Assembly (NCBI GenBank): GCA_028276785.1
Contig: JAPYVP010000001.1
Location: 1 to 32,000 of the forward strand
Direction: 5' to 3'
Length of the DNA: 32,000 bases
Source of the DNA: Candidatus Nanopusillus sp.
GTDB lineage: Archaea > Nanobdellota > Nanobdellia > Nanobdellales > Nanobdellaceae
The position numbers and the translations under genes were made by a program. Shown in pieces: positions 8,367 through 16,718 of the stretch. The notes beneath the pieces are model-generated. The model was not told where the DNA came from, made no database searches, and worked only from the letters and a program-made list of their open reading frames with translations. Within the stretch, counting starts at the first letter, position 1, and each line of letters begins with the position of its first letter.

Positions 8367-9550
8367 ATTTTATCAAGATCGCTTATTGTATATATCTTTA
8401 CTTTATTACTACCCTTTTGTATACTATCTATACATACTATATATTTTATATTTGTACTCTTTTCTATTAATTCTAATAATTCTCTTGTTAATATACCATC
8501 CATTACTAAATAAGCTAAATTATTATACTTTAATATTATTTCTCCCAATTTATCTACTTGTACTTTATTTAATATATTGAAGTGTTCATCCAATAATAAA
8601 GCCTGATCAGTTTTAAATATATCATTCATATATGACTTTAATTTTTGTAATATTGGATCTTTTATTTTCTTTTCACTTCTAATATTTTTTATATCTTCAA
8701 TATTTCCTTCTAATTTTTCATAATATGCTCTAACCTGGTCAAATGATATTTTATTCTTAAGAGCTTTTAATATTTCTTTTCCGGATAATTCTTCAACTTC
8801 TCTACCTGGTTCTGGTTTTGCTACAAAATCAATATCAACACCACTTAACATACATTCTTTCACTAATAGATCTCCACCCCTATCTCCATCGAAGAATGTT
8901 ATTACAATCTTTTTCTTTGATAAATCAACTATTGTTTTTGGCACATTTAATCCATTTAATGCTATTACATTTGTAATTCCATATCTTAATAAATTTAAAA
9001 CATCTGCTCTTCCTTCTACTAATATTATTTCTTCTGATTTATCTACATCAGGTCCTGCAGGTAATTTTTCTGGTCCATATTCAATTAGTGATTTCATATT
9101 ATGTGAGTATTCCAAATATAATAGTAATTCTTTTGGATCTGGTAATTCTTCATTTACTAATTTTGTTAATAATTCTCTAGCTCTTTCTAATATTTGTTGT
9201 ACTTTTGTTTTTCTTATATCTTCTATTTTTTGTACTTTTATTGTTGCATGTGTTGGTCCAATTCTTGTTACAGTCTCCAATGTTGCAGCAATTAGTGCTG
9301 TCTCAAATCTATTTAAACTTGTTGGTATCTTAATTTCTCCTATTGTTTTATCATTTTCTACTCTAAGATTCACATCTATTCTTCCAACTTTTCCAGATCT
9401 TTGTAATTCTCTTAAATCCATTTCTGATCCTAACAATCCTTCTGTTTGTCCAAATATTGCTCCTATTACATCTGGTTTCTCAACTACTCCATCAATATAT
9501 ACTGACGCATGTATCATATATTTTATGTAAGGTGGTGAACTCTTTGCCAT
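8363..9550 (-). CDS. dnaG: archaeal DnaG primase-like Toprim protein (exosome-associated DnaG)
   Basis: 395 aa. The N-terminus YMIHASVYIDGVVEKPDVIGAIFGQTEGLLGSEMDLRELQRSGKVGRIDV is the conserved archaeal DnaG signature. The Toprim region is ILVEGRADVLNLLRYGI...FFDGDRGGDLL. Confidence 0.92.
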   Translation of the reverse strand: MAKSSPPYIKYMIHASVYIDGVVEKPDVIGAIFGQTEGLLGSEMDLRELQRSGKVGRIDVNLRVENDKTIGEIKIPTSLNRFETALIAATLETVTRIGPTHATIKVQKIEDIRKTKVQQILERARELLTKLVNEELPDPKELLLYLEYSHNMKSLIEYGPEKLPAGPDVDKSEEIILVEGRADVLNLLRYGITNVIALNGLNVPKTIVDLSKKKIVITFFDGDRGGDLLVKECMLSGVDIDFVAKPEPGREVEELSGKEILKALKNKISFDQVRAYYEKLEGNIEDIKNIRSEKKIKDPILQKLKSYMNDIFKTDQALLLDEHFNILNKVQVDKLGEIILKYNNLAYLVMDGILTRELLELIEKSTNIKYIVCIDSIQKGSNKVKIYTISDLDKI

Positions 9551-9646
9551 TATTAAATATTTTTAGGAAAGGTATTTAACCATTGAAATTTTTATACCTT
9601 TGGGTGGTATAACAATACTATAAAAAATGAAATTAAAAAATATTAT

Positions 9647-10765
9647 ATGACCTCATCAGAAAAAATAACAATAAGTGTTTTAAAAGCAGATATAGGAAGT
9701 CTGGTTGGGAATTCGAATATTCCAGAAATATTTGAAGAAACAGCTTCAGATATACTAGATAAATATAAGGGAGAAAAAATATTTGATTATTTTGTATCTC
9801 ATGTAGGAGATGATTTGAATTTAATAATATTGCATAATAAAGGGGAAAATAATAGAGAAATACATCAAATAGCATTTGAAATATTTAAGAAAAATTCTGA
9901 AATTGCAAAAGATATGCATTTATATGGTGCTGGTGGAGATTTATTAAAAAATGAATTTACAGGTTCATTGATTGGAATGGGACCCGGAGTTGCTGAAATG
10001 GAATTTACATTGAGATCTTCAGAGCCAATAATTGTATTTGCTGCAGATAAAACAGAATCTGGAGCATTTAATTATCCTTTATTCCAAATGTTTGCAAACC
10101 CATTTAACACACCAGGTTTAGTAATTGATCCTGATATGAGACCCGGATTTAGATTTGAAGTGTGGGATTTATATAATCATAAAAGAATATATTTAAATTC
10201 TCCAGAGGAAATTTATGACTTATTATTATTAATTGGAACATCTGAAAGATTTGCTATAAAAAGAGTATATCCAAGGTCTGATAAATATCCAAATAATGAA
10301 CCTGTTGCTGTTTCTTCTACAGAAAGATTATATGAAGAAGCTGGTAGATATGCTGGAAAAGATGATCCAGTAATGATTGTAAGAGCGCAAAAAGGATTTC
10401 CTTCAGTGGGAGAAATATTGGAAGCTTTTTCATTTCCATATATGGTAAATGGATGGATGAGGGGATCATATTGGGGTCCTTTATTACCTGTAAGTTTAAA
10501 GAATGCAAGGGCAACAAGGTTTGATGGACCTCCAAGAGTAATTGCATTGGGATTTCAGGTGAAAAGAGATAAATTATATGGACCTGAAGATATGTTTGAT
10601 GATCCAGCATTTGATTATGTAAGAAATAAAGCATTGGAAATTGCAGATTATATTAGAAGACATGGTCCTTTTGAACCCCATAGGGTATCCCATGAAGATT
10701 TATTAACAACAACGGCAAAACCCATATTGGATAAATTAATTCAAAGGTTTGAAGATATAAAATAA
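9647..10765 (+). CDS. fbp: fructose-1,6-bisphosphate aldolase/phosphatase (class V FBPase)
   Basis: 372 aa. It is collinear with archaeal FBPA/P as I remember it: ITISVLKADIGSLVGNS, GPGVAEMEF, FANPFNTPGLVIDP, GKDDPVMIVR, MRGSYWGPLLPVS, ATRFDGPPRVIALGF and FDDPAFD. Confidence 0.95.
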   Translation: MTSSEKITISVLKADIGSLVGNSNIPEIFEETASDILDKYKGEKIFDYFVSHVGDDLNLIILHNKGENNREIHQIAFEIFKKNSEIAKDMHLYGAGGDLLKNEFTGSLIGMGPGVAEMEFTLRSSEPIIVFAADKTESGAFNYPLFQMFANPFNTPGLVIDPDMRPGFRFEVWDLYNHKRIYLNSPEEIYDLLLLIGTSERFAIKRVYPRSDKYPNNEPVAVSSTERLYEEAGRYAGKDDPVMIVRAQKGFPSVGEILEAFSFPYMVNGWMRGSYWGPLLPVSLKNARATRFDGPPRVIALGFQVKRDKLYGPEDMFDDPAFDYVRNKALEIADYIRRHGPFEPHRVSHEDLLTTTAKPILDKLIQRFEDIK

Positions 10766-10807
10766 TAAGGTATTATTTTTAAATATATTTTTTTTAACAA
10801 TAATAAA

Positions 10808-11116
10808 ATGGGTCTTGAATATATATATGCGGTATGGTTATTACATGAAGCTAAAAAAGAAATAAATGCAGATAATATAAAGAAGGTATTGACCTCAGTG
10901 GGAATAGAACCAAATGATGCGATGGTAAATGCTGTATTAGCAAGCTTACAGGGAGTTGATTTGGATAAAATAAAGGAAGAATCATTATCTTTTGCTCCAG
11001 TACAAGTTAGTCCACAGCAAGTAGAACAAAAGAAAGAAGAAAAGCAAGAGAAGAAGGTAGAAGAGAAGAAAGAAGAACAAGCATTAGAGGGTTTAGCATC
11101 TCTATTTGGTTTCTAA
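10808..11116 (+). CDS. rpl12: 50S ribosomal stalk protein P1 (aP1 / L12e)
   Basis: 102 aa. The sequence runs EYIYAVWLLHEAKKEINADNIKKVLTSVGIE, then a Lys/Glu-rich hinge, then the conserved stalk tail EGLASLFGF. Confidence 0.9.
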   Translation: MGLEYIYAVWLLHEAKKEINADNIKKVLTSVGIEPNDAMVNAVLASLQGVDLDKIKEESLSFAPVQVSPQQVEQKKEEKQEKKVEEKKEEQALEGLASLFGF

Positions 11117-11151
11117 AATTTATAAATTTTTATATACAATTTTATTTTAAG

Positions 11152-12012
11152 GTGACAGATCCAGATAAGATTTATAGGGGCATCATCTTAACAAAAAAGG
11201 AATTAATTAAGTTAGGAGAAGAAAAGGAAAATTTATACTCTAGAAAGAGAGTTTTATATAAAGAAAGAAAAAAATTGTTAGAAAAATTAAAGGAGTTGAG
11301 AAGTAAAAAGGAGGAATATAGTAAAATATTAGATAATTTAATGAATGAAAGAGAAAAAACATTAGAAAAATTAGAAGAATTAAAGAAAAAGTTGGATGAA
11401 ATAAAACAAACAAGAAAGGATGTATTTAAGAATAAAGATATAATAAAAGATATAAATAAATATAAAAAAGAGTTGGAAACATTGGAATATGTTTTACAGA
11501 CAGAAGTTTTATCATATTCTCAGGAAAAGAAAATTTGGAATAGAATAAAATATTTAAGGAAACTTTTAGGTAAATATGAAGAAATATCTTCTATTTTACA
11601 AGAAATCGATAAATTAAGAGAAGAGTATAATGCTTATAGATCTAAATTATCAATAATAGGTCAAAATATTAGAAAAAATATTGATGAAAGAAAGGTTGTA
11701 AAAGAACAAATAAAACAGATAAAGGAAAGATTAACACAAATAATGGATGAATATAATAAAATTAAGGAACAAATAAAACAGATAAAAGAGAGAATAAGAG
11801 AACTTGAAGATAAATTAAATGAAGATTTACAAAGATATATAAGTCAGAAATTACAAAAACAGACTGTTGAAATATCAGAAGAAGAAAAGAACAAAATAAT
11901 TGAAGAATATTCAAAGATACAACAAAAAATTATGAATGGTTCTGAACTATCAATGGATGAAATATTAGTAATGCAGAAATATGAATTATTAAAGAAAAAG
12001 GGTGCAATCTAA
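11152..12012 (+). CDS. Lys/Glu-rich coiled-coil protein (COG1340-like archaeal coiled-coil family, tentative)
   Basis: 286 aa with a GTG start at 11152. Almost the whole protein is heptad-like K/E/L/I sequence. It has an internal duplication KEQIKQIKER...KEQIKQIKER. Its stop overlaps the alaS start. Confidence 0.75.
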   Translation: MTDPDKIYRGIILTKKELIKLGEEKENLYSRKRVLYKERKKLLEKLKELRSKKEEYSKILDNLMNEREKTLEKLEELKKKLDEIKQTRKDVFKNKDIIKDINKYKKELETLEYVLQTEVLSYSQEKKIWNRIKYLRKLLGKYEEISSILQEIDKLREEYNAYRSKLSIIGQNIRKNIDERKVVKEQIKQIKERLTQIMDEYNKIKEQIKQIKERIRELEDKLNEDLQRYISQKLQKQTVEISEEEKNKIIEEYSKIQQKIMNGSELSMDEILVMQKYELLKKKGAI

Positions 12013-14608
12013 TTATGAAAAATTATATCCAAAAAGGGCTTTAGAAAGTTTAGGCTTAATTAGAAAAAAATGCAGAATTTGTGGAAAATATTTTTGGACA
12101 TATGATAAAAATAGAGAAGTATGTGGGGATCATGAAAATTATGGTTTTATAAATAACCCTGTTGGAAAAAAATTATCATATAGAGAAGTATGGGAAAATT
12201 TCTCAAAATATTTAAATAGAAGGGGTTATGCAATAATAAATAGATATCCTGTCGTAGCTAGATGGAGGGATGATATAGACTTTGTAATTGCATCAATTGC
12301 GGATTTCCAACCATGGGTTGTTGAAGGATATACAGAACCACCTTCAAAAAAATTAACCATTCCCCAATTTTGTTTAAGATTTAATGATGTTAGAAACGTT
12401 GGATTGACAGGAAGGCATTATACTGGTTTTGTAATGATTGGACAACATGCATTTGTAAAACCTGGAGAATATGATATAAACCAATATTTTTTAGATTTAT
12501 ATTATTGGTTTGAAGATAATAATTTTCCAATGAATGAATTTATATTTCATGAAGATAAATGGGAAGGTGGGGGAAATGGTGGAACATCGATTGAATTTTT
12601 TATAAGAGGTTTAGAGGTTGCAAATCAAGTATATATGCAATATAAAATAGTTAATAATGAATGGATAGAGTTGGATAAATTAAAAGTTTTGGATATGGGT
12701 ATGGGTCAGGAAAGGGTTGCATGGATTACAAATGGTACAAGTACATCATATGATATTGTATTTCCAAATACGATAAAATTTTTATTAGATAATATAAAAT
12801 ATGAAATTGATATAGATTTATTATCAAAGATTTCAATGTATTCTTCATTATTTGATTTTGAAAAAAATGATATAAAATCTTTTGAAGAATTTTTAAAGGA
12901 AAAAGGAATAGATCCTAAAAATAATATTGAAATAATGAGGGCAATATATTCAATTTCAGATCATGTTAGATCATTATACATTGCAATATCTGATGGGGCA
13001 TTACCTTCAAATATTGGTGGAAATTACAATTTAAGATTGATCGCAAGGAGAATGTTTTATTTTATTGATAAATATTTTGAAATAAATGATATAGAAGATT
13101 TCTTAAGAAAATTATTGATAAAAATTTCTGAGGATTGGTATGAAGAAAAATTAAAGGAAAATATAAATGAAATTATTGATATATTAAAATATGAATATGA
13201 AAAATATGTAGAAGTAAAGAAAAATGCACAAAAAATTTTAAATAATTTAAAGAATATTGATACAAAGAAAATATTTGAATTATATACATCATATGGAATC
13301 TCTTTAGAAATTATAGAGGATATAAATCCAAATATAAAAATAAATAGAGAAGAATTAAATAAATTAATTGAGGAACATAAAGAAAAATCTAAAAAAATAA
13401 GAAAAGAAGAAAAATTAAATTTAAATATAAATTATCCTGAAACATATAAGTCATTCTATGAATCATGGAAAAAATATTATGATATTGGAAAATTAATTGG
13501 AATAGAAAATGAATATTTAATATTTGATAGAACAGTATTTTATCCAACAAAAGGTGGACAGGTAAATGATACAGGATATATATTTAATTTAGATGAAATA
13601 AAGAATTATTCGAGAGAAATTTTGAATAATTATGATTTTCCATATTATGTAAAAGAAATATTAAAGGATTATTTAAACGGTAAAAAAGTTGAAGGATTTG
13701 AAAATTATTATGCAAAGGTTATTGATGTAATTGAATATGAAAAGATAATATTACATAAAATAGATAGAAAAATTAATTGGGATAAAAATTCAAATATTTT
13801 ACAAATTATTGATAAAGATAGAAGATATGGAATATCAAGGCATCATACCGCAACACATTTATTAACATCTGTGTTAAGAAAAATATATGGAAATCATATA
13901 TGGCAGGCAGGTGCTGAAAAAAATGAATATGAAGGAAAATTGGATGTTACACATTATAAAGTACCTTCATATAATGAAATAAAGTTAATTGAAAGAGAAC
14001 TAAATAAAATAATATTAGAAGGAAGAAAAATAAATAAATTTTATTTATTAAGAAACGAAGCTGAAGAAAGATATGGATTTATAATATATCAGGGAGGATT
14101 TATACCAGAAACAAAATTAAGGATTGTTGAAATAGAAAATACAGATGTCGAAGCATGCTCCGGAACACATTTAGATAATACATTAGAAATTGGATTGGTA
14201 AAAATAAGAAGTGTAGAAAAAATTGCAGATGGATTGATAAGATTTAGGTTTGTTGCAGGTGATAGGGTTATAGAAGAATTTGAGGATTATGAGGAAAAAA
14301 TTTTAGACATAAAAAGTAAGTATAATGTTGATATAAATAATTTAAACAACTATATTGAGAAAATAAATAGGGAAAGAGAGGAATATAATAAAAAGTTAAA
14401 TATAATACTAGAAGAATATATTAAAAACAATATAAAGGATGGAAAATTATACTTAGAAACAAATTTATATATTTCTGATATAATAAAATATGTCTTAAAG
14501 TATAAAGATTTGATAAAAGATATAAATTTAAAGTGTAGAGATGGAATAATTAATTTAAAAGAAGGTGAAAAGAAAGTTGATAAGTTTTATATAAAGAAAG
14601 TCAATTAA
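12002..14608 (+). CDS. alaS: alanine--tRNA ligase, archaeal type, single unsplit polypeptide
   Basis: 868 aa. It has the N-terminal RKKCRICGKYFWT element typical of archaeal AlaRS. The catalytic core includes FCLRFNDVRNVGLTGRHYT and GMGQERVAW. The editing-domain motifs are HHTATHLL and CSGTHL. The start must be the GTG at 12002 because the nearby ATG at 12015 is out of frame. Confidence 0.93.
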   Translation: MQSNYEKLYPKRALESLGLIRKKCRICGKYFWTYDKNREVCGDHENYGFINNPVGKKLSYREVWENFSKYLNRRGYAIINRYPVVARWRDDIDFVIASIADFQPWVVEGYTEPPSKKLTIPQFCLRFNDVRNVGLTGRHYTGFVMIGQHAFVKPGEYDINQYFLDLYYWFEDNNFPMNEFIFHEDKWEGGGNGGTSIEFFIRGLEVANQVYMQYKIVNNEWIELDKLKVLDMGMGQERVAWITNGTSTSYDIVFPNTIKFLLDNIKYEIDIDLLSKISMYSSLFDFEKNDIKSFEEFLKEKGIDPKNNIEIMRAIYSISDHVRSLYIAISDGALPSNIGGNYNLRLIARRMFYFIDKYFEINDIEDFLRKLLIKISEDWYEEKLKENINEIIDILKYEYEKYVEVKKNAQKILNNLKNIDTKKIFELYTSYGISLEIIEDINPNIKINREELNKLIEEHKEKSKKIRKEEKLNLNINYPETYKSFYESWKKYYDIGKLIGIENEYLIFDRTVFYPTKGGQVNDTGYIFNLDEIKNYSREILNNYDFPYYVKEILKDYLNGKKVEGFENYYAKVIDVIEYEKIILHKIDRKINWDKNSNILQIIDKDRRYGISRHHTATHLLTSVLRKIYGNHIWQAGAEKNEYEGKLDVTHYKVPSYNEIKLIERELNKIILEGRKINKFYLLRNEAEERYGFIIYQGGFIPETKLRIVEIENTDVEACSGTHLDNTLEIGLVKIRSVEKIADGLIRFRFVAGDRVIEEFEDYEEKILDIKSKYNVDINNLNNYIEKINREREEYNKKLNIILEEYIKNNIKDGKLYLETNLYISDIIKYVLKYKDLIKDINLKCRDGIINLKEGEKKVDKFYIKKVN

Positions 14609-14617
14609 TTTTTATAA

Positions 14618-14701
14618 GCGGCGGTGCCCGAGAGGTCAAAGGGGGTCGGTTTAGGTCCGATTGGATAAGGTCCGCCAGGGGTTCAAATCCCCTCCGCCGC
14701 A
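14618..14701 (+). tRNA. tRNA-Leu (anticodon UAG), class II with long variable arm, no intron, no encoded CCA
   Basis: Hand fold: acceptor GCGGCGG/CCGCCGC plus discriminator A, anticodon stem GTCGG/CCGAT, loop TT-TAG-GT, long variable arm, and T arm AGGGG-TTCAAAT-CCCCT. It forms a GC-rich island that begins 9 nt after the alaS stop. Confidence 0.9.
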
Positions 14702-14791
14702 TTTAAGAATTTAATAAAATTTTTAAATTTAATCTAATACGATAAGATCTTGCAGTGTAGTTAAGATAACATTCTAAACTTTAGTCTCATA

Positions 14792-15418
14792 CTACATGAA
14801 TATTTCAAGTATCTTAACATCGGTAGGAGTAAATATATGATTTTTAGAAGTATCATCATCAATAACAATGAACAAACCAGCTTTCCTCATTCCATCCTTT
14901 CCACTACTTGTAGAATATATTCTATTGTATATAATAAAACTAATCAAATCTGCCGAATTAGTAACATTTTCTAAATATAGAATATATTCTCTTGGATTTT
15001 TACGATCCTGTAAAAAGTCAAGTCCACCAATACCTTTTATATGCATCTCCAATAATTTGTTTTTTTCTTCTCCTATAATTTTTATATCATGTGCATAGAT
15101 TAAATTATTTAGCGGCACATGGGGTGGTATTTCTTTTGCATATCCTATAACTAAGGCAAAGTATCCATCAAAAGGAATGAGTTGTCCATGAATTTCTGGT
15201 AATGGTGGGGGAAATATAAATGCTGCAGGATAATATTCATCCTTATCCAATTTTCTATAAATTTCTAATACTTCCGGTATCTTTCTTCTTGTTTGAAAAG
15301 TATAAGATATAAATCCTTTTTCATGATGCATACGATATGCCAATATTTCATCTAGATCATTTCTTCTTCTTATTGCATAGACTCTTGTATTAAGATATAG
15401 ACCGGGTTTTTCAAACAT
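14792..15418 (-). CDS. hypothetical soluble protein, family not recognised
   Basis: 208-aa ORF with balanced, globular-looking composition (MFEKPGLYLNTRVYAIRRRNDLDEILAYRMHHEKGF...PPPLPEIHGQLIPFDGYF...). It sits between tRNA-Leu and tRNA-Arg. Confidence 0.7.
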   Translation of the reverse strand: MFEKPGLYLNTRVYAIRRRNDLDEILAYRMHHEKGFISYTFQTRRKIPEVLEIYRKLDKDEYYPAAFIFPPPLPEIHGQLIPFDGYFALVIGYAKEIPPHVPLNNLIYAHDIKIIGEEKNKLLEMHIKGIGGLDFLQDRKNPREYILYLENVTNSADLISFIIYNRIYSTSSGKDGMRKAGLFIVIDDDTSKNHIFTPTDVKILEIFM

Positions 15419-15483
15419 TTTGTTATAATATTTGGAAAAACGCTTTTATTATTATTTTTTAGTAACAAAGATTTTTATAAAGA

Positions 15484-15558
15484 TGGACCCGCGGGGATTC
15501 GAACCCCGGACCTCTCGGACCGCAACCGAGAATTCTATCCATGCTGAACTACGGGTCC
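15484..15558 (-). tRNA. tRNA-Arg (anticodon GCG), no intron
   Basis: The reverse complement folds as GGACCCG-TA-GTTC-AGCATGGATA-GAAT-T-CTCGG-TTGCGGT-CCGAG-AGGTC-CGGGG-TTCGAAT-CCCCG-CGGGTCC-A. Its 5' end lies 8 nt after the stop of the upstream gene. Confidence 0.9.
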
Positions 15559-15566
15559 TATATATA

Positions 15567-16052
15567 TTATATCTTTGGTAGTATTAAATTTCCAAATTTT
15601 TCATATTTATTTAATTTAAAGAATAAACCAGATAAATAGGATAAATATGCATCATAAATGTCCTTATATTTAAATACTTTTGAAAAATATTGGTATTTTA
15701 ATTTTAATATTTTTTCCACCGCTCTTGGAAATGTTTCATATACTTTTATATCATTATCAATCTCCATTATTTTATTTTTTAATAAGTTAGCCCTTTCATA
15801 TAATAATTTCATTGATTTTAAAGATAATGGTAATGGTTTGAATCCATATTTATATAATAATCTTTCTTCTATCCTATATGGATATTCATAACTTAAAGGT
15901 GCATCAATAAATACATATTTAAATTTTTCTTTTTCTATTAAATTCAATATTTCATCATTTTTATATAATACCCCAAATATTGGTTTATTATTAAAGTAAA
16001 AATATCCGGTTCTATTATTTTCTTTTGCGGATAGATCTAAACCGAGTATCAT
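15567..16052 (-). CDS. predicted RNase H-fold nuclease (DUF429/COG2410-like, tentative)
   Basis: 161 aa. The N-terminal MILGLDLSAKENNRTGYFYF resembles the first beta-hairpin and acidic residue of RNase H-fold proteins, and FIDAPLS supplies a second acidic motif. The family call is tentative. Confidence 0.6.
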   Translation of the reverse strand: MILGLDLSAKENNRTGYFYFNNKPIFGVLYKNDEILNLIEKEKFKYVFIDAPLSYEYPYRIEERLLYKYGFKPLPLSLKSMKLLYERANLLKNKIMEIDNDIKVYETFPRAVEKILKLKYQYFSKVFKYKDIYDAYLSYLSGLFFKLNKYEKFGNLILPKI

Positions 16053-16672
16053 TCTCTATAAATAAATTTATATGAGGTATCATATATATCCTTTTCAAAA
16101 TTCATTTTATCTAAATAATAATTTAATATTACAATAACCTGTGACGAAAAATAATTAATATCCCCCAAAGAAATCTTTATTACAGCATTTTCTATCTTTT
16201 TCTTAATATCTTTTGGTATTCCTAAGAAATCTCCAATAATAAATACAGGATTTTCAATTTTTATATTTTCAATAAATTCCCCATCTTTATCCAATAAATA
16301 TATATTTTTTCCATTATTTTTATATTCTTTTAATAAATCAAAAAAATCAACTTTATCAACATATACACCTGGAAAAGGATTTCTAATATTTTTTTTATTA
16401 TATTTTTTCAATGATATTGATAATAATGTTGATATATCCTTTTTTGACCATGGTGTATTTATATCAGATTCTATCCTTATTAATCTGGGAGGAACGGGTT
16501 TTCCAGTTAAATATAAATCAAATCTAATATTTTTTCTCAACCCATTTGATACAAAAAAAGCATGTATAATTGAATTAATTGCTATGTCCAATCTCCCAGA
16601 ATAATATATATTTTTAAAATTTCCGTCAGTTCTTATAGTATTTGAATAAAAAATAAATATTCTCATAATCAA
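16049..16672 (-). CDS. trmY: tRNA (pseudouridine54-N1)-methyltransferase TrmY (SPOUT, DUF358)
   Basis: 207 aa. It matches Methanocaldococcus TrmY closely as I remember it: GRLDI, GKNIYLLDKDGE, ENPVFIIGDFLGIPKD and KISLGDINYFSSQVIVILNYYLDK. Its stop overlaps the start of the downstream gene through ATGA. Confidence 0.85.
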   Translation of the reverse strand: MIMRIFIFYSNTIRTDGNFKNIYYSGRLDIAINSIIHAFFVSNGLRKNIRFDLYLTGKPVPPRLIRIESDINTPWSKKDISTLLSISLKKYNKKNIRNPFPGVYVDKVDFFDLLKEYKNNGKNIYLLDKDGEFIENIKIENPVFIIGDFLGIPKDIKKKIENAVIKISLGDINYFSSQVIVILNYYLDKMNFEKDIYDTSYKFIYRE

Positions 16673-16718
16673 ATATTTAAATAAAACTTTATAAAAAATT
16701 AAATAATAATAAACTTTT

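Noticed and set aside
8386-10634. ORFs 8386-8580 (+), 9633-9875 (-) and 10317-10634 (-)
   Set aside because: They are antisense to the strongly supported dnaG and fbp genes. Their products are low-complexity L/Y/I strings.
11700-11800. Internal DNA repeat encoding KEQIKQIKER twice in the coiled-coil gene
   Set aside because: It is a short, low-complexity duplication of the kind expected in a Lys/Glu-rich coiled coil. There is no evidence of any function beyond that.
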